Both the position numbers and the translations under genes were made by a program. Shown here one piece after another: positions 32,897 to 42,665 of a stretch of 64,000 nt of DNA. A model generated the notes under the pieces. It worked only from the letters and a program-made list of their open reading frames with translations. It ran no database searches and was not told the DNA's origin. How positions within the stretch are numbered: the stretch's first letter is position 1; every line of letters begins with the position of its first letter. Source of the DNA: a virus; the IMG/VR virus record IMGVR_UViG_3300036864_000108, positions 5,755 to 69,754 of that record; one strand, given 5' to 3'.

Positions 32897-35800
32897 TCAG
32901 CCGGCCTTCGGTAGGCGACGCTGCCTGCGCAGGTCCTCAAGCGCCCTCACCAGGTCGTTCTTGTCCCCGACGTAGTTGTCGAAGTGGTAGTGGTGATGCA
33001 CGGTCGCACCGGTGCCGCCTCGGTTCTTGTGGGCGGGGATGACAGCCTCACCACGGTGCAACTGGTACATGCCGGTGCGGGGCACGAATGGGGTGCCGCG
33101 TTGGAAGCTGCTCCTGACCAGGGTGTAATCCTCAACCCACTTGAAGCCTCGTGGTGCCCCCGGTAGGCCATGTGTGCGGGCGTATGCGAACCGTTTCGAG
33201 TCCGGTTCGAGGTTGGAGATCTGCCATGCGCTCAACCGTCGCGGCGCTGCGGGACGCACCCTGGTCGCGGGACGCGGTGGCGCCTTCCGCCGCTTCGGGT
33301 AGAGACGACGCAGATTAGCCTGATCGAACCCAGTCGGGTAAGAGAACCCTTGGTAACGCGGGTACATGATCGAGTCACGGCGTCCCGTGTGATTCAACCC
33401 GAGCACATGCCCCAATTCGTGCATCGCGGCCATGCGGCGGTGCCTACCGGACAGGCGTTTGCCGCTGTTCAACGCGACCTGGCTGCCGTTGGTGATTCCC
33501 ACCCAACCGGCGGCCGGCTTGTTGACAACCTCCACGGTGACCTGACTACGCAACGGCCCCCGACCGCCCAGGAACCGGACGTCGGCGATCCTGCTCCAGG
33601 CGCGTATCGCTTCCGGGACACTCCAGTTGCGCCACAGACCGTACACCCACGCCCGGCGGGTTTTCCGTAGGCGACCCAGCCAGCCGAGCGGGTCCCGCGT
33701 CTGCGCACGCTCCGCGACATTCGACACTTGGGCGACGGTGAGAGCACGTCCTCTGTCGAGGACGGAGACGAGCCGCTCGAACGCCCCCGTTTGCCGCGGC
33801 GACAGGACCCGCTCCGGTTCAGGTGTGCGCTTCGGGATGTCACCCTGACCGCGTGCAACACCGCCCTTGTCGTACCAGTGCGGTGACCGGTTCCGCCACG
33901 CCCCGTAAGCGTTACCCGGGTTGCCGTACCGGTCGGAGATGTACCGCAGACCGGCCCAAATCTGCCTGCCCGCGTCAGGTTCCCGCGCCCCGATACCGTA
34001 CGCCCGCGCCGTGGATGCCAGGAACTGGGGGATGCCCCAAGCCGTGGACGTGGGATTGTCGGCGCGGGGGTTCCACCCTGATTCGCCCTGCCACAGGGCG
34101 TACAACGCTTGCCATTGGGCGCCGGTCCAGCCGCGGGCGGCAGCCATCTGCCGGCCCAACGCCACCGCGCCGCCGCGGGACATCGCGGCCGCGTCCGGCG
34201 ACCCGGCGAACGAGATCGCGTTCGCGGCATTGGTCTTCGCGTCCTGCCCGCGCAGCCACTCCAACACCTGGTTGATCGCCTTACCGCCCATGCCCGACAG
34301 GACGCCGCGGAACCCGCCCGTGCCGATCGTCTTCGCGAGAAGCCGCTTCAACGGGCCCAGCACCAGCCCCGCCGCCCCCGCCACCGCGGATCGGATGAAC
34401 TGCCCGAGACGCCCCGCGTTCGACACCGTCCCCGCGCCGCTAAGCCACGACAACGGATTCACGGAGGCGCCCCTGCCGGTGGTCACCTCGAAATGAAGGT
34501 GCGGCCCGGTGGTGTTCCCGGTGTTCCCGGACCAGCCGATCCGGTTCCCGGCGTCCAGCCGCTGCCCGATCTTGGCGAGGAACCCGTTCAGGTGCGCGTA
34601 CAGGGTGTTGTAGCCGTCGTGGGACATGCGGATGTGTTTGCCGTACGAGTCACGCATCGACCGAATGGAGGACACGACCCCGGCCATCGCAGCCCGCACC
34701 GGTGTCCCCACGGGGACACCCCAGTCGACCGCCGGGTGCCCAGAGCTGTAGCCCTGCGTGACCGGTGCGCGGCCCACCGGGTACACCCGGCCACCAACGG
34801 CGAACCGTTGCGCCCCACGGTTCAGGTCTTCCATGAAGTCGTAGCCGAACTGCTGCGCCTTCTTCTTTCGGATCACGAACTCGCCCGGCTCCAACAACGC
34901 TGGTACCCGGTCGCCGACACCCTGACCCGGGACTTTTCCGCCGCGGGCGAACTTTATGGGAATCTCATCGACGAGATTCTTCCCGCCGGTGAACGGGCGG
35001 GCGAACCTGTTGACGTTCCCGATGATGTGATTGTTGATGAACTTCAGAAAACCGCGGACCACATTCATGATCGGGGCGACGACACGGGCATTGACGAACC
35101 CGCCCAGCCCACGGCCCACCGCACCAATCCCGTCCGCGAGGCCGTGGACGATGTTCCGCCCAGCTTGGACCAGCCACCTGCCGGCGGTGCGGAACGGTGA
35201 CGTGACCGTGGAGATCACCCGACCAGCGATCCGCGCCGCCGACCCGAGCATGCTGCCGACACCCCGGACCAGCCCAGACACGGTTTGGACACCCCGACCG
35301 ACCAGCCACGACACGGCGGTACGGAACGGCAACGTCAAGACAGAGATCACCCGGGCAGCAATACGCACAACTGTGCCGAGCACACCGTTGATGCCCCGCA
35401 CCAGACCGGCCACGAACTGGACGCCACGGCCGATGAGCCACCCCGCGGCGCGGGCGAACGGCTTCAACATCTTCGCGATCAGCTCACCGATCCTCGCGAC
35501 GACAGCGCCGATACGTGAGGCGATCGCCGTGGCGAGGCCCTGCATCATCTTCAGCGCACGCGCCCGGATCTCCAACGCGATCAGACCCAGCCGCGTCGGC
35601 AGTATCGACAGTTCCTCTGCGAAACGCTTGCCGATGCCGGGGAAGACGCGGCGGAACCCTTCGAGGAACGCCTTCCCAAGGAACCCGAGGGCCCGGCCGA
35701 CCATGCCGACCAGACCGTTGGCGAACTTCTTGAACGCCAGCAGCGCCCAGGCGAGCAGCGGCCCGACGAGCGGGATCTTCGCGAACAGTCTGGCGACGGC

Positions 35801-37516
35801 GCCGATCACCTTCCCGGGGGTGAACGCGATCGCCAACACGGCGAACAGGGCTTCCTGCCAGTGGGACGCCAGCCCCTTGATCAAGCCGAACAGGTCGAAG
35901 TTCAGCAGACCCAAAGCGATGCCGACGAGGAACGGGACCGCCAACTTGCCGACCTTGATGCCCAGCCCGAGCCAATCCACTTTGCCGAGCAGGTCCCCGA
36001 TCTTCACGGCGATTTTTCCGATGAACGACCCAGCCGACTCGATGGCACCAGCGATACCTGATCCGATCGACTTGCCGAGCCCAGACCAGTCCCCCGTGTC
36101 AATACCAGTCCTGACACCGGCAATAATGTTGACGCCCCAACCCTTGGCGACCTTCGCGAGGTCACCACCCCAAACCTTCGCCTTCTCGACAAGCGTGCGC
36201 CCAATCTTGCCGACCTGCTCGCCGATCTTCTGGCCGAACGACTTGGTGGCCTTCCCCTCAACCGCGACGAGATCCTTACCGGCCTGCTCAACCTCCCGCT
36301 GCGCCTGCTCCAGCTGCTTCGCGAACTCCGTCTTACTGACCGTACGGGTAACCGTCTTCGTTACCACACCCTTCGGCGCCTTCCCGCCATAGAACGACAG
36401 CGGCACCCACGACCCGTCCTCCGCTTGAACGAGAGTCTCCTTCTTGGTGAGACCCTTCGTGCCGATACCCTTCGCGGCCTGATCCTGCAAAGCAGCGAGC
36501 CGCTTCTTCGCCTCATCCAGACGTCCGGCAGCGGTCTGCACGTCCTTGCTGCGGCCGAAGAACCCGCCCAGCACGTCGGTCACAAACTGGACGGCTGGAC
36601 GGATGCGACGGAACCCTGCCTCCGCCTTGTCCAACGCCTTCGGCAAGAAAGTGCCGAGCCAGTTCGCGGCCTTCTCCACGATCGGCAGCAGCACAGTTCC
36701 GACTCGCTCCGCGAGGTTCAGTGCGATGACCTTGAGCCGCTGGATCGGATCAGCGGCGGCCTTCGCCGCTCCACCGACTTGGAACGCCACCTCCTGCATG
36801 ATGATCTTCTGGGCAGCGAGAACGTTCCCCGACTCAACCAGCGTTTTGATCTGCTTCTTCTGGCTATCCGTGAACGTAACACCGGCCCGGCCCAGCGCGG
36901 TGAGCCCCTTCAGCGGATCGTTGAGCGCCTTGCCGAGCATCTTCGACGCGGACTCGACCGACCCGAACCCGGCCGCTGACAAGTCCAACGCCGCCTCAGT
37001 GGCGCGGTTGAAAATGTCGTTGCCCTTACCGACCTCGTTGCGCACATTCTTGAACGTCAACAGCAGATTCGACGCCGCCTGAACCTGCTCATCGTCGATC
37101 GCTGTCTTGTTTGACAACGTGTCCGCGAGCTTCCCCACCTGGACCGCAGTGATATTCGCCGCGCCACCGGTCGACTTGATGACCTGCGCGGTAATCCGGC
37201 CGATCTTCGCGGACTCGCGGGCCTCCGTGATAAACGTGCCGAACACCTTCACCGCGGACACAGCCGCGAACGCACCCGCCATCAAACCGGCTATACCCTT
37301 CAACGGCCCACCGATGCCGACCCGCATCCCGGAACCGATGTTCTTACCGACGAACCCGCCGAGCCGGTGCGCGTCCACACCCTTACGGATGTTGTCGCCG
37401 ATGTTCTTCCCGAACACCTTCGACTTCCGCCCGAACGCGTCGAAATCCTTACCGGCCTGCTTCAGGCCCTTGTCGTCGTACTTGGTGAGAATGTTGAACG
37501 CGAGAGGAAGGGCCAC
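32897..37516 (-). CDS. Tape measure protein with M23 peptidase, lytic transglycosylase and M10/matrixin-like domains
   Basis: 1539 aa Ala/Gly helical; LGKALNDP; H...D and TTGPHLHFEV (M23); GESGWNP.A.NP.STAWGIPQ..Y...RYG (SLT-like); HELGHVLGLNH..SIMYP. Confidence 0.95.
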   Translation of the reverse strand: MALPLAFNILTKYDDKGLKQAGKDFDAFGRKSKVFGKNIGDNIRKGVDAHRLGGFVGKNIGSGMRVGIGGPLKGIAGLMAGAFAAVSAVKVFGTFITEARESAKIGRITAQVIKSTGGAANITAVQVGKLADTLSNKTAIDDEQVQAASNLLLTFKNVRNEVGKGNDIFNRATEAALDLSAAGFGSVESASKMLGKALNDPLKGLTALGRAGVTFTDSQKKQIKTLVESGNVLAAQKIIMQEVAFQVGGAAKAAADPIQRLKVIALNLAERVGTVLLPIVEKAANWLGTFLPKALDKAEAGFRRIRPAVQFVTDVLGGFFGRSKDVQTAAGRLDEAKKRLAALQDQAAKGIGTKGLTKKETLVQAEDGSWVPLSFYGGKAPKGVVTKTVTRTVSKTEFAKQLEQAQREVEQAGKDLVAVEGKATKSFGQKIGEQVGKIGRTLVEKAKVWGGDLAKVAKGWGVNIIAGVRTGIDTGDWSGLGKSIGSGIAGAIESAGSFIGKIAVKIGDLLGKVDWLGLGIKVGKLAVPFLVGIALGLLNFDLFGLIKGLASHWQEALFAVLAIAFTPGKVIGAVARLFAKIPLVGPLLAWALLAFKKFANGLVGMVGRALGFLGKAFLEGFRRVFPGIGKRFAEELSILPTRLGLIALEIRARALKMMQGLATAIASRIGAVVARIGELIAKMLKPFARAAGWLIGRGVQFVAGLVRGINGVLGTVVRIAARVISVLTLPFRTAVSWLVGRGVQTVSGLVRGVGSMLGSAARIAGRVISTVTSPFRTAGRWLVQAGRNIVHGLADGIGAVGRGLGGFVNARVVAPIMNVVRGFLKFINNHIIGNVNRFARPFTGGKNLVDEIPIKFARGGKVPGQGVGDRVPALLEPGEFVIRKKKAQQFGYDFMEDLNRGAQRFAVGGRVYPVGRAPVTQGYSSGHPAVDWGVPVGTPVRAAMAGVVSSIRSMRDSYGKHIRMSHDGYNTLYAHLNGFLAKIGQRLDAGNRIGWSGNTGNTTGPHLHFEVTTGRGASVNPLSWLSGAGTVSNAGRLGQFIRSAVAGAAGLVLGPLKRLLAKTIGTGGFRGVLSGMGGKAINQVLEWLRGQDAKTNAANAISFAGSPDAAAMSRGGAVALGRQMAAARGWTGAQWQALYALWQGESGWNPRADNPTSTAWGIPQFLASTARAYGIGAREPDAGRQIWAGLRYISDRYGNPGNAYGAWRNRSPHWYDKGGVARGQGDIPKRTPEPERVLSPRQTGAFERLVSVLDRGRALTVAQVSNVAERAQTRDPLGWLGRLRKTRRAWVYGLWRNWSVPEAIRAWSRIADVRFLGGRGPLRSQVTVEVVNKPAAGWVGITNGSQVALNSGKRLSGRHRRMAAMHELGHVLGLNHTGRRDSIMYPRYQGFSYPTGFDQANLRRLYPKRRKAPPRPATRVRPAAPRRLSAWQISNLEPDSKRFAYARTHGLPGAPRGFKWVEDYTLVRSSFQRGTPFVPRTGMYQLHRGEAVIPAHKNRGGTGATVHHHYHFDNYVGDKNDLVRALEDLRRQRRLPKAG

Positions 37517-37517
37517 G

Positions 37518-37900
37518 TCACTCCCCCTCGTTCATCTCTTCCAGCAAATCCACATACGTTTCGAGGATGCGTTCGTCCAAGTCGGCGAGCTGCTCGAACG
37601 GGATGCGGGTGGCGATACTCAGGGAGACGAGGTATCGGATGTAGGAACCGTAGGAGTAGGGTCCGGCGGCTCGTTCTCAACCTCATCCACATCAGTGATC
37701 GCGTCGAGGAACGTGTCGAAGTCCGCTGGTTCCTGACCGGAGCGGTTCAGCGACGCCCACGCCAGGTAGTACGTCTGCTCGATCCGCTTCGCGTCCGGGG
37801 TGCCCGAGAAGTGCTGTTCCGCCATGACCTGTGCCCGCGGCGACGCCAGCACGGTCACCTCACGGCCGTCCAGATAGGTGACTTTCAGCTTGACTGCCAT
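37518..37900 (-). CDS. Tail assembly chaperone with programmed -1 frameshift
   Basis: Short form 37619..37900 (MAVKLKV...PPDPT); -1 frame from GGACCCT (37658-37664) gives PYSYGSYIRYLVSLSIATRIP...EGE* ending 2 nt before the tape measure start. Confidence 0.8.
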
Positions 37901-37997
37901 GCCTTGACCTTCCTGACCTATCCTGACCGGTAGTGAGACACCCGGAGCGGCCCGGTCAGGGAAGCCACCCCGGGTGGTATGAGAGGGACTAGGTGCT

Positions 37998-38318
37998 ATG
38001 ACTACTGAGATGGAAAAGCCCGACAGAATCGGCCTCCGAGTGGCCGCCCTCATCGTTCTCATCGCCTGGGTGAGCGTCACCGTCCGGTACTGGGATGAGG
38101 CACCACAGGGCCTGGTGCTGGGGTGGGTCATCATCGGCGCGGTTCTGTGGCGCCTCGGCAAACCAGACCGGGAACGCGAAGTGCTCCGCGCACAGATACC
38201 CGAGGAACAAGCGCGACTACTCGCCGAATCCCGTAGCCGCGATGAAACGCGGCGACAGGAACTCCTCGGCCGGCTGGCCGCCGACATGCGCACCGTCACA
38301 GAACGCCACGTCAGCTAG
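37998..38318 (+). CDS. Antisense two-TM membrane protein (moron)
   Basis: Two hydrophobic helices plus coiled coil; opposite strand inside the tail operon. Confidence 0.65.
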   Translation: MTTEMEKPDRIGLRVAALIVLIAWVSVTVRYWDEAPQGLVLGWVIIGAVLWRLGKPDREREVLRAQIPEEQARLLAESRSRDETRRQELLGRLAADMRTVTERHVS

Positions 38319-38767
38319 CGTCGCGACAGCTTCCGCTCCACCACCGTCAACGCCAACACCAACTCGCGGCGCACCCGCGGCGCACCCCGCAACATCGGCT
38401 CCGAAAACCAGCCCGGCTCCACCCGCTGCAACACCGACCCGCGGCCGAACACCGGATGCCGCACCATTCCGCGATCGATCCGCCGCGGATCCTTCACCGC
38501 GTTCCGCTGAGCCACCAACGACAAGCCCGGGTTACGGCCCGTGCGGCGCCGCGCCGTGATCCGGGTCCGCGCCACACGCGCCGCCAACCCACCCGACTGC
38601 GGCAAGCTGGCGGCAGCGTTCCGCTTCGCGTCCTGACTGAGCGGCTTCACCCGACGATTGATCGCCTTGTAAAGCTCCGCACGCAACTCCTTGTCGCCGG
38701 CCTCCCGAAGAGCGCGGGCCACCCGCTTGAACTGGTCCGCGCCCCGCGTCTCAACAGTGAAAGGCAC
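38315..38767 (-). CDS. Tail completion protein (HK97 gp10-like)
   Basis: Basic; G..RHPVFG......Q.V.PGWF..P; position. Confidence 0.75.
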   Translation of the reverse strand: MPFTVETRGADQFKRVARALREAGDKELRAELYKAINRRVKPLSQDAKRNAAASLPQSGGLAARVARTRITARRRTGRNPGLSLVAQRNAVKDPRRIDRGMVRHPVFGRGSVLQRVEPGWFSEPMLRGAPRVRRELVLALTVVERKLSRR

Positions 38768-39166
38768 TCAGAAGCTGCGGTTGATCGGCCCGGCCGCGTT
38801 CCAGGATGCGCTGAGTTCCGTAGCTCCCCCGACACTGGCATTGGCCGAAAAGTCTGGAAAGACAGTTCCATACCAGTACTTGCTTGTCTGCGTCCTATCG
38901 ACGTATAGGTACATCTTGCGAGCTACGCCATCAACTGCAGCGGTATACGTCTGTGCGGTCCCATCGTCCAGGAATCCACTGAATTCACCGGATGAGTCCG
39001 GCAATCCTGCGACATAACTCTTATTGGCGTCGCCGAATGCCGTGACCTCTGCCTTCTCGGACGATGCCGAGATGGACCATGAGGCGAGGAACGGCACCTG
39101 CGATGCCTCAGCGCCGCTGGCGATGGCGAGATAGACGGTGGCATTTCTGCCGTGGATGCGTGCCAA
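38768..39166 (-). CDS. Major tail (tube) protein
   Basis: RIHGRN..VY...SWS.....EVTAFGD.NK.YVAGLPD.SG..SG..D. Confidence 0.85.
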   Translation of the reverse strand: MARIHGRNATVYLAIASGAEASQVPFLASWSISASSEKAEVTAFGDANKSYVAGLPDSSGEFSGFLDDGTAQTYTAAVDGVARKMYLYVDRTQTSKYWYGTVFPDFSANASVGGATELSASWNAAGPINRSF

Positions 39167-39170
39167 GGCC

Positions 39171-40220
39171 CTACTCCTTTGTCTCTAGCAGCCGAAGCAG
39201 ATGCTTGGCGTGCGCTGTAAACGTGCGGTCGGCGACCGCTTCGCGTGCTTGCTGCGCGGCCTTGTGCCGCTCTTCCGGCTTGTCGAGCCAGTACCGGAGC
39301 AGCCACGTCGCCTCCTCGGGTGAGGAGAACACGGGCAGCATGTGAAGCAGGTGATCGCCCTCCGGGCGGGGGTCGCGGAGGAAAAACAGCCCGCAGGCCG
39401 CCATCTCGATCTCCCGCGGTGAGATCGACCACCCGCCGACAACTTGATCATCATCGGCTTCGCGGCGATACAGGTTGATCCCAACCTTCGCGGACTGGTA
39501 GATCCGCACCGTTTCCGCGTTGTCGACGCACTTCTCAGGGTCGCCGGAGGCCAAGTACTGCCACAGCGGCGAGTTCTCGGTGACCCCGTTCCAGTTGCCG
39601 GCGAGCAGCACATCGAGACCTTTGAGGTCCATGTGCTCGAAGAACCAGCGGCGGGAGCCGAACCCGGTGCCGACGAACGCCAGGTCGGCGGCGAGTTTCG
39701 GGTCAGGCTCGCCGGGCTTGTGCAAACCTGGCCGGTAGGCGTGGGGGCAGTACCAGGTTGGCGCGACGGCGCGGAACTTCTCGATGTGCGTCGGGTCGTT
39801 GATCAGGTTCGCATCGGCGTGCGTGGCGAGCGCCAGTTCCCGCTCCAGCTCGTACGGCTGCTCCGTGTGGACGACGACGATGCGGGTGCCTTGCCGACGG
39901 GCATGGTCGAGCATGTCGTGGGGGACGAAGAACCCGGAGATGATGAGCAGGTAGTCGGGGCGGATCTTCCACAGTGCGGCGGCGAGCCCGTTCAACGCCA
40001 GCTCGTATACCCCGTCAGCGTCGAGGGCCTTCCGGAGTTTCAGGCGCCCGTCGGGTAGTTCCTCGCCGATGTCGATCAGCGCATGGTCGTAGAAGGCAAG
40101 CCTGTCATCCAAATTGAACCGGTAGACGTCCTGACCGAGTTCGGTGAGGGCTTCGCACCAGCCTTCGTAGACGTCGAACACGGACCATGCGGGGCCAGGT
40201 GCGGCGACGAGCCATCTCAC
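39171..40220 (-). CDS. Glycosyltransferase, GT-B (CgeB / Glyco_trans_1_2-like)
   Basis: HTEQPYE, Y.PHAY, DLAFVGT...R, Y.SAKVGINL.R, PR..EMAACG. Confidence 0.85.
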   Translation of the reverse strand: MRWLVAAPGPAWSVFDVYEGWCEALTELGQDVYRFNLDDRLAFYDHALIDIGEELPDGRLKLRKALDADGVYELALNGLAAALWKIRPDYLLIISGFFVPHDMLDHARRQGTRIVVVHTEQPYELERELALATHADANLINDPTHIEKFRAVAPTWYCPHAYRPGLHKPGEPDPKLAADLAFVGTGFGSRRWFFEHMDLKGLDVLLAGNWNGVTENSPLWQYLASGDPEKCVDNAETVRIYQSAKVGINLYRREADDDQVVGGWSISPREIEMAACGLFFLRDPRPEGDHLLHMLPVFSSPEEATWLLRYWLDKPEERHKAAQQAREAVADRTFTAHAKHLLRLLETKE

Positions 40221-40342
40221 TCGTCGTCTTCGTCTTCCGGCTCAGGCTCCTGCTCAACGTCCTCGACCGCTTCTGCAGCCGTCTTGGCTGCTTCTTCCGC
40301 GGCCACGTCGGCGGGCTGCCGCGGGTCCCCAGGTACCGTCAT
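40217..40342 (-). CDS. 41-aa acidic protein
   Basis: Manual translation MTVPGDPRQPADVAAEEAAK...EDEDDE; RBS GGAGG; coupled. Confidence 0.5.
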   Translation of the reverse strand: MTVPGDPRQPADVAAEEAAKTAAEAVEDVEQEPEPEDEDDE

Positions 40343-41397
40343 CGTTCCTCCCGTTTTCTGATGATGGCCAAGCCGTACCGGTATTCGACGGATTCGACCT
40401 GGCTGTCCAGCCGGTCCAACGCGTGCAGGAACGATTCAGCTAACCGGAGCATCGAGTTGTCGTAGCCGTCCCATGTGTCGAATCCGACCATCCAGTCTTC
40501 GAGGATGTACCAGCCGCCGGGGGCGACGAGTGGCCACAACAGTTTCCATGTGCGTTGGGACAATTGGCCGATGTGGGAGGCGTCGTCGACGATCAGGTCG
40601 TAGGCGGGCATCACCTCGGCGAGGCGTGCCGGTAGGTTCTCGTCGTCTTGCTCCGCAACGATCCGGTGGGTGCCGTCCGGCCACCTTGCTTTCGGGTCGT
40701 TGTCGACGCCGACGATCAGCCCGTCGGGGAACAGGGCTTGCCACATGCGCAGCGAGTCGCCGTGTTGGACGCCGATCTCGCAGATCCGGCCTGTAGTGCC
40801 GATGTGGGAGGCGAGGCGTAGGTAGGTGGGGAGGTAGCCGTGTGTGGTGGCCTTGTCGGTGGTGAACCGGGCGGGGAAGTTCAGTCGTGGTTCCGGTGCC
40901 GGCTCGCCGTGGCCTTTGGTCCCGACGGCGTATAGGTCGGCGGGTCCGGCGGCGTAGGTGACGGTCACGTCGTCGAGTTCGGCGAGCCAGTCTTCGAGCT
41001 CGTTGGGGAGGATGTTGGCGTAGTGCTCGTCGGGGCGAACGAGCATGCCGTCGTGCCCGGAGTGGGGGGCGCGTCCGGGGCCGGCGCAGGAGAGGACGAG
41101 TAGCCCGCCGGGGGCGAGGTAGGAGATGCACGTTTTGACGACACCGGCCGGGTCGGGGGCGTGCTCGAGAACTTCGGCGCACAGTACGGCGTCGACTGGT
41201 TCGGGTGGCGTCCAGTCGCGGCAGTCGGTGACCACGTCCACGCCGGGGCCGGGTTCCAGGTCGAGCCCTGTGTACTCGTCGCAGGTAAACAGGTCCCTGA
41301 CACCACCGTTGACTTTGCGGCTACCTACCTCAATAACCGCATGGAAGTGCCGGCCTTCGAGGATCGATGCGTGGAAGGCGCGGGCCTCGGGGTGCAA
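40339..41397 (-). CDS. Tandem class I SAM-dependent methyltransferase (two domains)
   Basis: Domain 1 VIEVGS...NG..R....Y.GLD..PG.GVD..EVLEH; domain 2 TDK...HGY...Y..EIGV..G.SL..W..D.IVDDASH..PGG.YI.ED (sugar O-methyltransferase-like). Confidence 0.85.
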   Translation of the reverse strand: MHPEARAFHASILEGRHFHAVIEVGSRKVNGGVRDLFTCDEYTGLDLEPGPGVDVVTDCRDWTPPEPVDAVLCAEVLEHAPDPAGVVKTCISYLAPGGLLVLSCAGPGRAPHSGHDGMLVRPDEHYANILPNELEDWLAELDDVTVTYAAGPADLYAVGTKGHGEPAPEPRLNFPARFTTDKATTHGYLPTYLRLASHIGTTGRICEIGVQHGDSLRMWQALFPDGLIVGVDNDPKARWPDGTHRIVAEQDDENLPARLAEVMPAYDLIVDDASHIGQLSQRTWKLLWPLVAPGGWYILEDWMVGFDTWDGYDNSMLRLAESFLHALDRLDSQVESVEYRYGLAIIRKREER

Positions 41398-41424
41398 CAG
41401 GTCTCCCTCCCAGTCGTACGCTGG

Positions 41425-41446
41425 GGTTACCCGCAGGCGGGTAACC
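41425..41446. promoter_or_regulatory. Perfect palindrome
   Basis: GGTTACCCGC-ag-GCGGGTAACC. Confidence 0.5.
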
Positions 41447-41573
41447 GAGTCGGCCTAGCGCCCAGGGTCGGCGAACTGAAAGTGAAAGCCTTGTCGTTGG
41501 TAGCGCTACTGACGAAGGAACTCACAAGTAAGTGACCTGCGGGCACATCTGTCTCTAGGCGTACGCTGGCTGG

Positions 41574-41759
41574 ATGGACCCGATACCGTTCAACTTGAAC
41601 CACATCGACGTGGGCGACGATCCAGAGCATCAGGCCATCATCGAGCGCTTCACGTCCGGATTGCCTGATTTTGAGGGCGAGTTCACGGGTCACTACGCGG
41701 CGGAGTCGATCACCGTCGAGGAGATGCTGATCGTCGAGTCGAACGAGAGCCCGAACTGA
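41574..41759 (+). CDS. Small acidic hypothetical protein (antisense island)
   Basis: ORF after AT-richer intergenic DNA. Confidence 0.45.
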   Translation: MDPIPFNLNHIDVGDDPEHQAIIERFTSGLPDFEGEFTGHYAAESITVEEMLIVESNESPN

Positions 41760-41777
41760 TCGGCTCTTTGCACGACG

Positions 41778-41963
41778 ATGATGAGATTGCTCACCTGGCT
41801 GCTGCGTCGCCACGTCTGCGCCTACTGCGCGGGGGAGGGCACCTACTTCGGCTACTCACCGTTGGATGATCTGCGCACCTTCCGGCATGCCCGCGTCCTC
41901 ACCTGCCGATGGTGCGGTGGGAGTGGACTGGAGCCGAAGCGTTCTGCGGCTACGGCCCGGTGA
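41778..41963 (+). CDS. Small DnaJ-like zinc-finger protein
   Basis: CAYCAGEG...CRWCGGSG. Confidence 0.55.
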   Translation: MMRLLTWLLRRHVCAYCAGEGTYFGYSPLDDLRTFRHARVLTCRWCGGSGLEPKRSAATAR

Positions 41964-42210
41964 TCTCGGCGATCCGGTCCCGGACCCACTGCTCGCTGTC
42001 GCCACCCCCGCCGTTCACGACGGCGATGACGTGCCGCATGACCTCGTCAGGGTCGAGCCCGGAGCCGTGGTGGGCGAGCGCGTTGGTGAGAGTCCCGACG
42101 AGGTTGTACTTCTCTGTGAGAGGGACGGCAAGCGCCATGTAGAGGAGGCGCCGCGTCTCATCCTGGTCCCTACTCTTGTCTGCCTTGACCATGTCGGAAT
42201 TATCCCTCAA
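41950..42210 (-). CDS. Hypothetical protein
   Basis: Open frame following the tail terminator. Confidence 0.4.
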   Translation of the reverse strand: MRDNSDMVKADKSRDQDETRRLLYMALAVPLTEKYNLVGTLTNALAHHGSGLDPDEVMRHVIAVVNGGGGDSEQWVRDRIAEITGP

Positions 42211-42665
42211 CTTTGGTACGCCGTGTAGCGGTAGGTGAACACGCGGCGGACAAATGAGCCATTCGCGTTCCGGCCTTGGTGGAGGGTGATCGTGTCGATC
42301 CCGCCGGCGGCGACGACCCCCGCCAGGTTCTCAGTCGTGCGCAGCGCGGTCTCTATGGACACCATCAGCGTCTTGGATGCGGCCCGCCTCGCGGCGAGGT
42401 CGTCGTCACCGGATTGGGAGATGACCGCACAGGTGACGGTACCTTCTTCGGCGCGAGACCCGAGTTCGAACGTCGCCCAGTCTTGCGTGCTCGTGGCTGC
42501 GGGTTCCCCGACGGTTTCGACGGCCCCGTCGTCACCGACGAGCACGAACTCGGTGTCCGCCGCGGAAGTGGCCGGTAGCCCGTCGTACACCGGCACAGTG
42601 AGAGCGGTGTCCAACGCTGTGAGAAGCGCGGCGATGACGTCGTCGACGGCGGAGACCTGTGCCAT
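42207..42665 (-). CDS. Tail terminator protein
   Basis: MAQVSAVDDVIAALL...VYDG.P.....VLVG....Q.WA....R.E.G.V.C..; TGATG coupling. Confidence 0.75.
   Translation of the reverse strand: MAQVSAVDDVIAALLTALDTALTVPVYDGLPATSAADTEFVLVGDDGAVETVGEPAATSTQDWATFELGSRAEEGTVTCAVISQSGDDDLAARRAASKTLMVSIETALRTTENLAGVVAAGGIDTITLHQGRNANGSFVRRVFTYRYTAYQS

Noticed and set aside
37658-37664. Tail chaperone -1 frameshift as a novelty
   Set aside because: A well-established feature of long-tailed phages; listed as a feature only.
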